Source: Parcubacteria group bacterium CG1_02_58_44 (GTDB lineage: Bacteria > Patescibacteriota > Patescibacteriia > SG8-24). Taken from it: a stretch of 56,251 nucleotides of DNA. Positions 1 to 7,301 of this stretch are shown here, piece after piece; position 1 is the stretch's first letter, and every line of letters starts with the position of its first letter. The position numbers were made by a program, and so were the translations under genes. Under the pieces are notes generated by a model. It was given only the letters and a program-made list of their open reading frames with translations, was not told where the DNA came from and ran no database searches. The DNA lies in the NCBI GenBank assembly GCA_001872545.1, contig MNWN01000036.1:1-56251 (forward strand), given 5' to 3'.

Positions 1-1
1 A

Positions 2-241
2 CTCGGCTACCGGCACGAACGGGTCGACCACAGCGCCGGAGAGGATGTGCGAGGCATCGTGCACGCAAACGGCATCGAGGGCTTCTGGGGCTTCATGAAG
101 AGGACCATGGGAACCGTTGGCGGCATGCGGAGAGAAAGGCTTGGGTACTTTGCAGGTGAGATCGCGTGGAGGTACAACCACCGGAATCATGACCAGAAAA
201 CGAAAGAACGAGCACTGCTACAGCTCGTTCTTGGTGGCTAA
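2..241 (+). mobile_element. IS1595-family (ISXO2-like) transposase, C-terminal fragment entering from the left edge
   Basis: The frame is open from nt 2. ..HANGIEGFWGFMKR...IAWRYNHRN matches the IEGFW / (F/W)R(Y/F)NxR C-terminal region typical of IS1595 transposases. Stop TAA at 239-241. Confidence 0.8.
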
Positions 242-243
242 CT

Positions 244-804
244 CAACAATTACCCATTCTGATCCGTATCGCCATCAGCCATTACCAATACGAGACGATC
301 CACCCGTTCCTTGACGGAAACGGCCGTATCGGTCGCCTGCTCATCACCCTTTACCTCGTGGACAAGGGCATGTTGAGCAAGCCAACGCTTTACCTGTCGG
401 ATTTTTTCGAGCGCAAAAAGGGAAAATACTACGACGCTCTAACGACGGTAAGGACTTCCAATGACATCGAGCATTGGCTGAGGTTCTTCCTGGTCGGCGT
501 GGCGGAAACGGCCAAGCGGGGCGCGGAAACGTTCCGCGAGATCATCAATCTTCGTGAGAAGGCGGAACGTCGGATCATGACGATGGGTCGCCGTGCGCCG
601 ATCGGACGCGAGTTTCTAAGCAAGCTCTACTCCCAACCGATCGTAAACAGCCCGCAGGTCGCCAAATGGCTCGATATCACTCCACAGTCGGCCATCACGC
701 TCCTCAAGGTCTTCGAGGAGAAAGGCATCCTGAAAGAGACTACGGGCTTCAAGCGAAATCGTCTCTTTGCGTTCAAGGAGTACATACAGCTGTTCGGGAA
801 GTAG
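244..804 (+). pseudogene. Fic/DOC family protein, 5'-truncated; begins directly after the transposase stop
   Basis: In frame upstream of the listed 358..804 ORF: ..ISHYQYETIHPFLDGNGRIGRLLITLYLV.., giving the Fic motif HxFx(D/E)GNGRxxR at 301-336. The N-terminal half and the start codon are missing. Confidence 0.85.
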
Positions 805-817
805 GACGGGTTTTGTT

Positions 818-899
818 GATAAAGCGAATCTGACTCTGTGAGCGTCGGAACGACTACTGAACCGTCACTTAAAGCTAAGGCAGTTCCGATGCCCTTCAT
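818..899 (-). repeat. Copy 1 of an 82-nt direct repeat / mini-ORF (MKGIGTALALSDGSVVVPTLTESDSLY..)
   Basis: Aligns without indels to 1423-1504 (54/82 identical by hand count). Similarity starts exactly at the ATG on the minus strand. Confidence 0.6.
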
Positions 900-994
900 T
901 CACCTTCGCCAAGGCTCCGGTGGGCAGGCGGTGCGGAGCCAACAAAAGACCCCAGTTTTTGCTGAGGTTTTTGTCCGTTTTACGTAGACTTGAG

Positions 995-1303
995 ATGGGA
1001 ATCGAGCTGGGTAAATTTTGTTTGATTCTTGATGGGGAGGCCAGTCATCATGTCATCGGTTTGTTCGGAGATGTCTGTCTGGAGCTTACCTTCGGACAGC
1101 ATCGTAGGTTTTCGGACATCGACGAAGTGGTGTTCGATGCCGCTGATCCCTCGCGGTATTTAAGGCCTGGCATGGCTGCCTCTAACCATTTACTCCTCGG
1201 CAAGGAGTACGTCGTAGCTAACGAAGTGGCTAACGGTAGTATTGGTCCTAATCGCGGACCTTTTGTCCTAAACGAGGTGGGCGAAAGGATTTTCCTTCGG
1301 TGA
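995..1303 (+). CDS. Orphan hypothetical protein (102 aa, internal ATG of the 920..1303 ORF)
   Basis: It is the only ORF in an AT-richer 520-bp segment, and its stop lies inside a strong terminator hairpin. I recognise no family. Confidence 0.3.
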   Translation: MGIELGKFCLILDGEASHHVIGLFGDVCLELTFGQHRRFSDIDEVVFDAADPSRYLRPGMAASNHLLLGKEYVVANEVANGSIGPNRGPFVLNEVGERIFLR

Positions 1304-1318
1304 GATCCTTGTTTTTTT
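1285..1318 (+). terminator. Rho-independent terminator
   Basis: AAGGAU..UUCG..AUCCUU hairpin followed by a U7 run (1312-1318). Confidence 0.65.
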
Positions 1319-1364
1319 GGAAAGCTGACCTGCTGTCTGGAAAGGAGACGGCAGAAACTTCGAG

Positions 1365-1392
1365 ACGCCGGCGGCTTATCCGTCGGTGTTTT
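1365..1392 (+). terminator. Hairpin plus short U-tract
   Basis: ACGCCGGCGG-CUUAU-CCGUCGGUGU (two G-U pairs) followed by UUUU. Confidence 0.45.
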
Positions 1393-1417
1393 GAATTTCG
1401 GCCGATTTTTGTTCGAC

Positions 1418-1504
1418 CTACCGATAAATCGAATCCGACACCGTGAGCGCAGGGAACACGAGCGAATTCTCGTTTAAGCTCACTGCGGTTCTAGTGTCCT
1501 TCAT
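1418..1504 (-). repeat. Copy 2 of the 82-nt repeat = complete 28-codon mini-ORF (MKDTRTAVSLNENSLVFPALTVSDSIYR*)
   Basis: ATG at 1504 and TAG at 1418-1420. It shares 14/27 residues with copy 1, and 7 of those use different synonymous codons. Confidence 0.5.
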
Positions 1505-1634
1505 AGTGCAAGCGGCCGTGCGTTTGATGGCCGTACATTTTGGTTCGGCGGCATCATGTCCGGCGAAGGTTGCCGGTCGCTCGGCGGCGAAGGTATAGTA
1601 CAAGTCGTTAATCAGCGGATGACGTCATCTACGC

Positions 1635-3776
1635 ATGGACTCCCGAGCCGAGATCAGGACAAAACCCGGAGTTGCAGCCGACCGGAACCGGTCGGGTCTC
1701 GATTTTCGGGCCGTGCTGAACGAGGAGCAGTACCGAGCCGTATCGGAGGGCGACGGACCCTGTCTGGTTTTGGCCGGCGCCGGATCGGGCAAGACCAGAA
1801 CCGTGGTCTACCGGGTCGCCTACCTGATCGGCCGCGGGGTGCGTCCGGACGAGATACTGCTCCTGACCTTCACCAACAAGGCGGCCGGCGAGATGATGGG
1901 GCGGATCGGCGAACTACTGTCCGGTCGGGGAGAGGTCGCCGGGCTGTGGGGCGGGACCTTCCATTCCGTCGCCAATCGGCTGCTGCGGCAGTATGCCGAC
2001 CGCCTGGGTTTCGGTTCCAATTTCACCATCCTCGATCAGGAGGACGCCAAGGCCATGGTCAAGACCTGCATCCGTGAGCTGGTGCTGGACAGCAAGGAGA
2101 GCCGTTTCCCGTCTCCGGCCGTGGTGCAGTCCATAGCCAGCTACGCCAAGAACGCCATGGTCTCGGTCAGTTCGGTCCTGGAGCGCCGGTATCCAGACTT
2201 CGCGCATCTCGAGAGGGACATCGTCGGAGTGCTCGAGACCTACGACCGCAAGAAACGGAACTCCAACGCCATGGACTTCGACGACCTGCTCCTGCATCTC
2301 TACTTCCTGCTGTCCGATGAGGCCGATGTCCTCCGGTCCGTATCCTCCCGCTTCCGCTACGTGCTGGTGGACGAGTACCAGGACACGAATGCGCTTCAGG
2401 ACAGCATCGTGCGGATGATCGCCGGCGTGCACGGCAACGTGCTGGCGGTCGGCGACGATGCCCAGAGCATCTATTCCTTCCGTGCGGCCAACGTCAGGAA
2501 CATTCTGGATTTTTCGACCCACTTCCCCGGAGCCAGGCAGTTCAGGCTCGAGACGAACTATCGGTCCTCTCCGGAGATTCTCGACCTGGCCAACGACGTG
2601 ATTTCGCGGAACGTCGACCAGTTCCCCAAGCGGCTCAGGGCCGTCAGGTCAGGGTCGTCGCTGCCGCGCGTGGTGTCGGCTCCGTCCGCCTCCGCCGAGG
2701 CGAACTTTATCGCCGGCAAGATTCAGGAACTGATAGCCGACGCGTCGGTGGATCCGCACGAGATCGCCGTTCTGTTCCGCGCCACCCACCACTCCCAGAT
2801 ATTGGAGTTCGAGCTGATGAAGCGCGGGCTGGAGTACGAGTATCGAGGCGGACTGCGCTTTTTCGAACGGGCTCACGTCAAGGACATTTTGGCGTTCCTG
2901 CGTCTGGCCCACAATTTCACTGACGAGTCGGCCTGGCGGCGGGTACTGTCCTTTCAGCAGGGAATCGGCGAGGTCACGTCCGACCGAATCTTCGCTGCGG
3001 CGCTGGCTTCGGGCTCGTTGGCCCAGATACTGCTCACGCCGACGATCGAGTCGGTCGTCGGAAAGCGGGCTGCCGTCGGCTGGCGTGACCTTCACAAGAC
3101 GCTCGACGGGCTGGTGTCGGCCGACGGGCGACCGGCCGACATGATACGTGCGCTGCTCGACTCGCCTTACGTCGGTTACCTGAACGCCGAGTATCCCAAT
3201 GCACGGGAGCGGCTGGAGGATCTGGGTCAGCTGGCCTCGTTTGCCGACGGGTACGACTCAACGGTCGACTTTCTGACTGAGGTCGCGCTGAACGATGCCC
3301 TGTATACCGGCGGTGCGGCTTCGTCGGCCCGCAGCAAGAGGAACGGACGACGGATCGTGCTTTCGACCATTCATCAGTCCAAGGGACTCGAGTGGGACAC
3401 CGTCTTCGTGCTGCACTTGACCGGCTCCGGCTTTCCGAACCAGCGCGCCTTCGCCGAACCGGGCGGGCTGGAGGAGGAACGGCGGCTCTTCTACGTCGCC
3501 GTGACCAGGGCCAAGCAGCGCCTGTTCCTTTGCTATCCGCGGCGAGCCGGTTTTGACGGCGGCATCGAGTATCCGTCGATGTTCATCACCGAGGCCGACA
3601 GATCGTGTCTGGACCTGCCCGACGAGGATTCGGACGGCGGATCCGGTTCGGTTCACCTGTCCGCCGACTCGGACTACGATGACGAGACGGTCGAGCTCGA
3701 TGAGTCCGGGGAGATCCGGGCCGTACGTAGTCGGTTGGCCAGCTGGAAGAAGGGATCGTTTCTGCGCGACGTCTAG
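1635..3776 (+). CDS. uvrD: UvrD/PcrA/Rep-family ATP-dependent DNA helicase
   Basis: 713 aa. Walker A LAGAGSGKTRT, VDEYQDTN, the YSFRAA motif, and C-terminal TIHQSKGLEW / YVAVTRAK. Confidence 0.93.
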   Translation: MDSRAEIRTKPGVAADRNRSGLDFRAVLNEEQYRAVSEGDGPCLVLAGAGSGKTRTVVYRVAYLIGRGVRPDEILLLTFTNKAAGEMMGRIGELLSGRGEVAGLWGGTFHSVANRLLRQYADRLGFGSNFTILDQEDAKAMVKTCIRELVLDSKESRFPSPAVVQSIASYAKNAMVSVSSVLERRYPDFAHLERDIVGVLETYDRKKRNSNAMDFDDLLLHLYFLLSDEADVLRSVSSRFRYVLVDEYQDTNALQDSIVRMIAGVHGNVLAVGDDAQSIYSFRAANVRNILDFSTHFPGARQFRLETNYRSSPEILDLANDVISRNVDQFPKRLRAVRSGSSLPRVVSAPSASAEANFIAGKIQELIADASVDPHEIAVLFRATHHSQILEFELMKRGLEYEYRGGLRFFERAHVKDILAFLRLAHNFTDESAWRRVLSFQQGIGEVTSDRIFAAALASGSLAQILLTPTIESVVGKRAAVGWRDLHKTLDGLVSADGRPADMIRALLDSPYVGYLNAEYPNARERLEDLGQLASFADGYDSTVDFLTEVALNDALYTGGAASSARSKRNGRRIVLSTIHQSKGLEWDTVFVLHLTGSGFPNQRAFAEPGGLEEERRLFYVAVTRAKQRLFLCYPRRAGFDGGIEYPSMFITEADRSCLDLPDEDSDGGSGSVHLSADSDYDDETVELDESGEIRAVRSRLASWKKGSFLRDV

Positions 3777-3812
3777 ACGCCGACATTCGCCTTTGTCCGT
3801 CCGGTCCGGAAA

Positions 3813-3835
3813 GCCCGTCCGTCGGGCATTTTTTG
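3813..3835 (+). terminator. Rho-independent terminator after the helicase gene
   Basis: GCCCG-UCCGU-CGGGC followed by AUUUUUUG. Confidence 0.6.
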
Positions 3836-4028
3836 TTCGCCTCGACCCGGTTGCGTTTCCTTGCGCTGCACCTGACTGGTCCGCCGACGTTCGTCGAAAA
3901 TCGTTCTTGCGTGATGACGGCTTATCGTATAAGGTAGGCACCTGAGGGCAGCCGTTTGTCGGTAGTTTTGGCCGTTTTGACTGGCCAGATCGCACGGAAA
4001 CGGCAGTCGCAACGGACAGATTATCGCT

Positions 4029-5066
4029 ATGAAAACCGTCGAATCGGTAACTGAAGGTCATCCGGACAAGGTCTGCGACCAGATTGCGGACGCCGTTCTC
4101 GATGCCTACCTGGCCAAGGACCCACTGAGCCGCGTGGCGGTGGAGGTTTTCGGTTCCCATGGGGCGGTGATGATCGGCGGCGAGGTTAGCTCGGCGGCCG
4201 AGGTCGATCCGGCCCAAGTCGCCCAGGCGGTCTACAAGGAGATCGGCTACGAGGACGACATCGAGGTCTTCACCAACATCGAGGAGCAGTCGCCGGACAT
4301 CGCGCGCGGCGTGGACACCGGCGGTGCGGGCGACCAGGGCATCATGTACGGATACGCCACGGTCGAGACTCCTGAGTTCCTGCCTCGGGCGGTGGTCCTG
4401 GCGCATCGCCTGTCCTGGGGATTGGGCAACCTGCGTCGTCATCATTCCGAGTTCAAGTGGCTGCGGCCGGACGGCAAGACTCAGGTGACCGTCGACGGCA
4501 CCGACGTGCATACGGTGGTGGTCTCGGCGCAGCATGCCGAGGGCATGGACCAGGAGCAGATCCGCTCGCTGCTGAACGAGCACCTGATCATGCCGACTGT
4601 CGGCAGCATCAAGGACCGCCGTCTGCTGATCAATCCGACCGGCTCGTTCGTGTCCGGCGGCTTCTCGGCCGACACCGGACTGACCGGCAGGAAGCTCATG
4701 GTCGACACCTACGGCGGACTCATACCGCACGGCGGCGGGGCGTTCTCCGGCAAGGACTCGACCAAGGTCGACCGGTCCGGCGCATACATGGCGCGGTTCG
4801 CCGCCAAGAACATCGTCGCCAACGGCGTGGCCAAGAACTGCCTGGTGACCGTGGCCTACGCCATCGGACATGAGGAGCCGGTAATGCTGGAGGCCAAATC
4901 GGGCGACGGTCGTGACCTCTCAGAATACCTGAAGCAGCATTTCGACTTCCGTCCCATGGCCATCATCGAGCGGCTGGGACTGCGGCGGCCGATCTTCCGT
5001 CCGACTGCGGCCTATGGGCATTTTGGCCGTGACGAGTTTCCATGGGAATACATCAGCCTGAATTAG
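4029..5066 (+). CDS. metK: S-adenosylmethionine synthetase (short form, 345 aa)
   Basis: N-terminal ESVTEGHPDKVCDQIADAVLDA, GAGDQGIMYGYA, and DTYGG..PHGGGAFSGKD.TKVDRS. Confidence 0.95.
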   Translation: MKTVESVTEGHPDKVCDQIADAVLDAYLAKDPLSRVAVEVFGSHGAVMIGGEVSSAAEVDPAQVAQAVYKEIGYEDDIEVFTNIEEQSPDIARGVDTGGAGDQGIMYGYATVETPEFLPRAVVLAHRLSWGLGNLRRHHSEFKWLRPDGKTQVTVDGTDVHTVVVSAQHAEGMDQEQIRSLLNEHLIMPTVGSIKDRRLLINPTGSFVSGGFSADTGLTGRKLMVDTYGGLIPHGGGAFSGKDSTKVDRSGAYMARFAAKNIVANGVAKNCLVTVAYAIGHEEPVMLEAKSGDGRDLSEYLKQHFDFRPMAIIERLGLRRPIFRPTAAYGHFGRDEFPWEYISLN

Positions 5067-5102
5067 CGGAGTCCATTTAGCCGCGGACGCCTTCAGTAAA
5101 CA

Positions 5103-5130
5103 TTCCGGGTGAGAGCCGGAAGTTTTTTGT
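5103..5130 (+). terminator. Rho-independent terminator after metK
   Basis: UUCCGG-loop-CCGGAA followed by a U6 run. Confidence 0.6.
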
Positions 5131-5213
5131 TTTCCGCAGATGACAGTTGAATTTTGGTCCAGCGACAGGTCTTGACCGTCTCTTCGGTCGGGTTCTTCTG
5201 ATATAATGTTTTC

Positions 5214-6188
5214 ATGTCAAGTACAGCGATGAATTTGGTGGACCTGACGCTGGCGCTGCTGCTGGTCCTCTTCGTCGGACACGGCTGCCGTAAGGGTGCG
5301 TTGACCGTGTTGCTCGAGATGCCCGGTCTGATTTTTGGACTGTTCGCTGCGGCCGTATCCTACGGTCCGGTCGGCCGGGCACTGTCGGTCGGCTTCGGCC
5401 TGCCGCTGCCACTGGCCAAGCCGCTGTCGTTTCTGGCGGTCTGGACCGCAGTGGAGATTCTGGCGCCTTTGGCTGTCGGGCACATCTATGCCGGACTGCC
5501 GACCGGATGGCTGAAGTCGTTCTGGAATCGCCCGTTCGGGCTGCTGCTGGCCGCGATTGAAGGTCTGATATTGGGTGCCTTCATGCTGTCGCTGGTCGTC
5601 TCCTTTCAGTTTCCGTCCTCCGTGAAGCAGAGGGTCTTCCGTTCGGAGTTCGGTTCGGTGCTGGTCAGGGCGGCCCAGTCGGTCGAGGCGTTGGGCAGCC
5701 GGCTGACCGACCGGTCGGGCAACTTTCAGACGTTGGCCTTCACGACCGTCGGCTCCGGCGGAGACGAGGCCGTCACGCTGTGGCCGTCAACCGAGGAGAC
5801 CTTTCCCGACTCGGTCGCCGAGGAGGAGCTGTTCGGACTGGTCAACGGTTCGCGACAGGGGAGCGGACTGCCGCCGCTCGTCATGGATCGGTCGCTCGTG
5901 ACTGCGGCACGGATGCACGGCGAGGACCTGTTCGTCCGCGGTTACCTGTCTTCGCTGACACCGGAGGGCCAGACGCCGTCGGATCGGGCCGGGCGGACCG
6001 GTGTCTCGTTCGACCGGCTGACGGAGAGATTGGCACATGCGCCGGAGGTCGGTTTGGCCTTTCGGGGGCTGTCGCGGAGCGGCGGTTGGGAGCAGGATAT
6101 TCTTTCCATGGAACACGGTCGGGTCGGGATCGGCGTCATCAACGCCGGCAGCCGCGGGTCGATTTTCGTGCTGGAGTTCGCCGACTGA
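5214..6188 (+). CDS. CvpA-family membrane domain fused to a CAP/SCP (YkwD-like) domain
   Basis: The N-terminal ~150 aa carry four hydrophobic helices typical of CvpA. The C-terminus (EEELFGLVNGSRQGSGLPPL...AARMHGEDLF..GYLSS..P.G..PSDR) resembles a CAP domain. TATAAT at 5202-5207 lies just upstream of the ATG. Confidence 0.75.
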   Translation: MSSTAMNLVDLTLALLLVLFVGHGCRKGALTVLLEMPGLIFGLFAAAVSYGPVGRALSVGFGLPLPLAKPLSFLAVWTAVEILAPLAVGHIYAGLPTGWLKSFWNRPFGLLLAAIEGLILGAFMLSLVVSFQFPSSVKQRVFRSEFGSVLVRAAQSVEALGSRLTDRSGNFQTLAFTTVGSGGDEAVTLWPSTEETFPDSVAEEELFGLVNGSRQGSGLPPLVMDRSLVTAARMHGEDLFVRGYLSSLTPEGQTPSDRAGRTGVSFDRLTERLAHAPEVGLAFRGLSRSGGWEQDILSMEHGRVGIGVINAGSRGSIFVLEFAD

Positions 6189-6228
6189 TGCCGATCGGTC
6201 GGTTTCGAAGCGACCAAAAACTGATCGT

Positions 6229-6270
6229 AAAAAAGAGGGCTGCTCATAAGGGGCAGCCCTGAAGTTTTTT
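6229..6270. terminator. Bidirectional terminator between convergent genes
   Basis: An A6 run, then AGGGCUGC-9 nt-GCAGCCCU, then a U6 run. Confidence 0.65.
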
Positions 6271-6284
6271 GGATATCCTATCGT

Positions 6285-6869
6285 CTAGACTTCGGACGAT
6301 AGGAAGCCGGTGGCCGGGCCGTATTGCCCGTTGGTGTCGTCATTATCGTTGATATGGAATTCGATTCCACCGATGTCGAAGCCGTAGCTTGGTATGCCGA
6401 AGGAGGAATCGTCACCGTTATCTTGAGCGAACTCGTCACCAGGGCAGTCCATAAACAGACCCAGAAAATCAACAAGTCGCTCGGGATGGGTCAATAAGAT
6501 GGATCCGACCTCGAGACTTCCGAGGCCGAACTCGTCGGCTGCAAACATTTTGCAGGCTAGACGGATCGACCTGCCGCGATGGCTTCGGCCGAGCTGGGCG
6601 GCGACTATCAGGATGCCACCCGGCTGCGTTTCGGCAATGAGTTTGAGCGCGCGCGTCGTGTGAACAGGAACTTGAAAAGGTGTCGATGCAACAATTTCTT
6701 CACAGAAGAAGGTGAATGGTCGAGAGTCCGCAATCTTGCTGTTGACGAGCAGGATCGCCTGACGGCGTCTTTCCGTCCAGGTGGTCACCTCGGGGAAGTA
6801 TTTCTCGGCCAGTGCGTCGACCGACGGGACAGCGAACCACCCCTCGGCACCCTCGGGGAGTTCGGGCAA
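6285..6869 (-). CDS. Conserved-looking hypothetical protein (listed TTG start); the protein-like frame continues upstream to 7031
   Basis: 194-aa ORF. The same frame stays open and protein-like (YPSEYKGPRPIADQIRDIAEIFGLDSSQALDFAQR) for 54 more codons, with no ATG, GTG or TTG among them. Confidence 0.7.
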   Translation of the reverse strand: MPELPEGAEGWFAVPSVDALAEKYFPEVTTWTERRRQAILLVNSKIADSRPFTFFCEEIVASTPFQVPVHTTRALKLIAETQPGGILIVAAQLGRSHRGRSIRLACKMFAADEFGLGSLEVGSILLTHPERLVDFLGLFMDCPGDEFAQDNGDDSSFGIPSYGFDIGGIEFHINDNDDTNGQYGPATGFLSSEV

Positions 6870-6996
6870 GCGTTGGGCGAAATCGAGGGCCTGGCTCGAA
6901 TCGAGACCGAAGATTTCGGCGATGTCCCTGATCTGGTCAGCGATCGGCCTTGGTCCTTTATACTCTGACGGGTAAGTGAAGTCGGACTCTATCTCC

Positions 6997-7197
6997 TCAT
7001 CGATGTACCGGCAGATTTTTGGACATCTCGATTATGAGCCTCACAACACTTTCCTGTAGTTCGTCACTGGGGTCGTTGTTGAGCCGTCGTGCACTCTCCT
7101 CGTCAACTTGAGCCTCGCCGAAGGCGGCCTCAAGTAATTTCATCGTACGGACACCTTCCGAATCCCGGCTGGTGGTGGGGACAGATGACCAGGTCAA
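6997..7197 (-). CDS. Probable N-terminal fragment of the 6285.. gene (different frame)
   Basis: 66-aa ORF ending in ..IIEMSKNLPVHR*. It overlaps the open frame of the downstream ORF by 35 nt at an A5 run. Confidence 0.4.
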   Translation of the reverse strand: MTWSSVPTTSRDSEGVRTMKLLEAAFGEAQVDEESARRLNNDPSDELQESVVRLIIEMSKNLPVHR

Positions 7198-7301
7198 GCG
7201 TTTTCGCTCCGCAAATCGTCCGGGTCAGAAGGACTAGGTTAAGCCTCTCGTCTCAGATAGGGCTGGCGTCGGAGCTTATTTTTTGCTATACTTAGGTTGT
7301 T

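Noticed and set aside
900-1420. A full-length tmRNA or RNase P RNA in the ORF-poor segment. GCTAACGAAGTGGCTAAC looked like a tag-peptide start and GGGGAGGCC...TCGGTTTGTTCGGA looked like a tmRNA 5' end.
   Set aside because: There is no tRNA-like 3' end (GGTTCGA..CCA) and no ..LAA-stop tag. There are also no RNase P core motifs (GGAAAGTCC, GGTAACGCC). Only the short rnpB-like termini at 1319-1393 remain as a low-confidence finding.
3925-4028. A SAM-I riboswitch, suggested by CTTATC...GAGGGCAGCC...GCAACGG upstream of metK.
   Set aside because: CTTATCGTATAAG forms its own 5-bp local hairpin. There is no distal GATAAG to close P1, and the GGTGCTAA-type P3/P4 elements are absent. I kept only a generic structured-leader note.
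3258-4871. A 537-aa ORF antisense to the helicase 3' end and metK. Similar long antisense ORFs occur at 24042..25745, 15855..17417, 47051..48334, 41207..42304 and 14417..15490.
   Set aside because: Each lies fully opposite a gene with unmistakable conserved motifs. They are R/G/P/H/D-rich, as expected from the reverse frames of GC-rich coding DNA, and carry no recognisable domains. This is a typical high-GC artefact.
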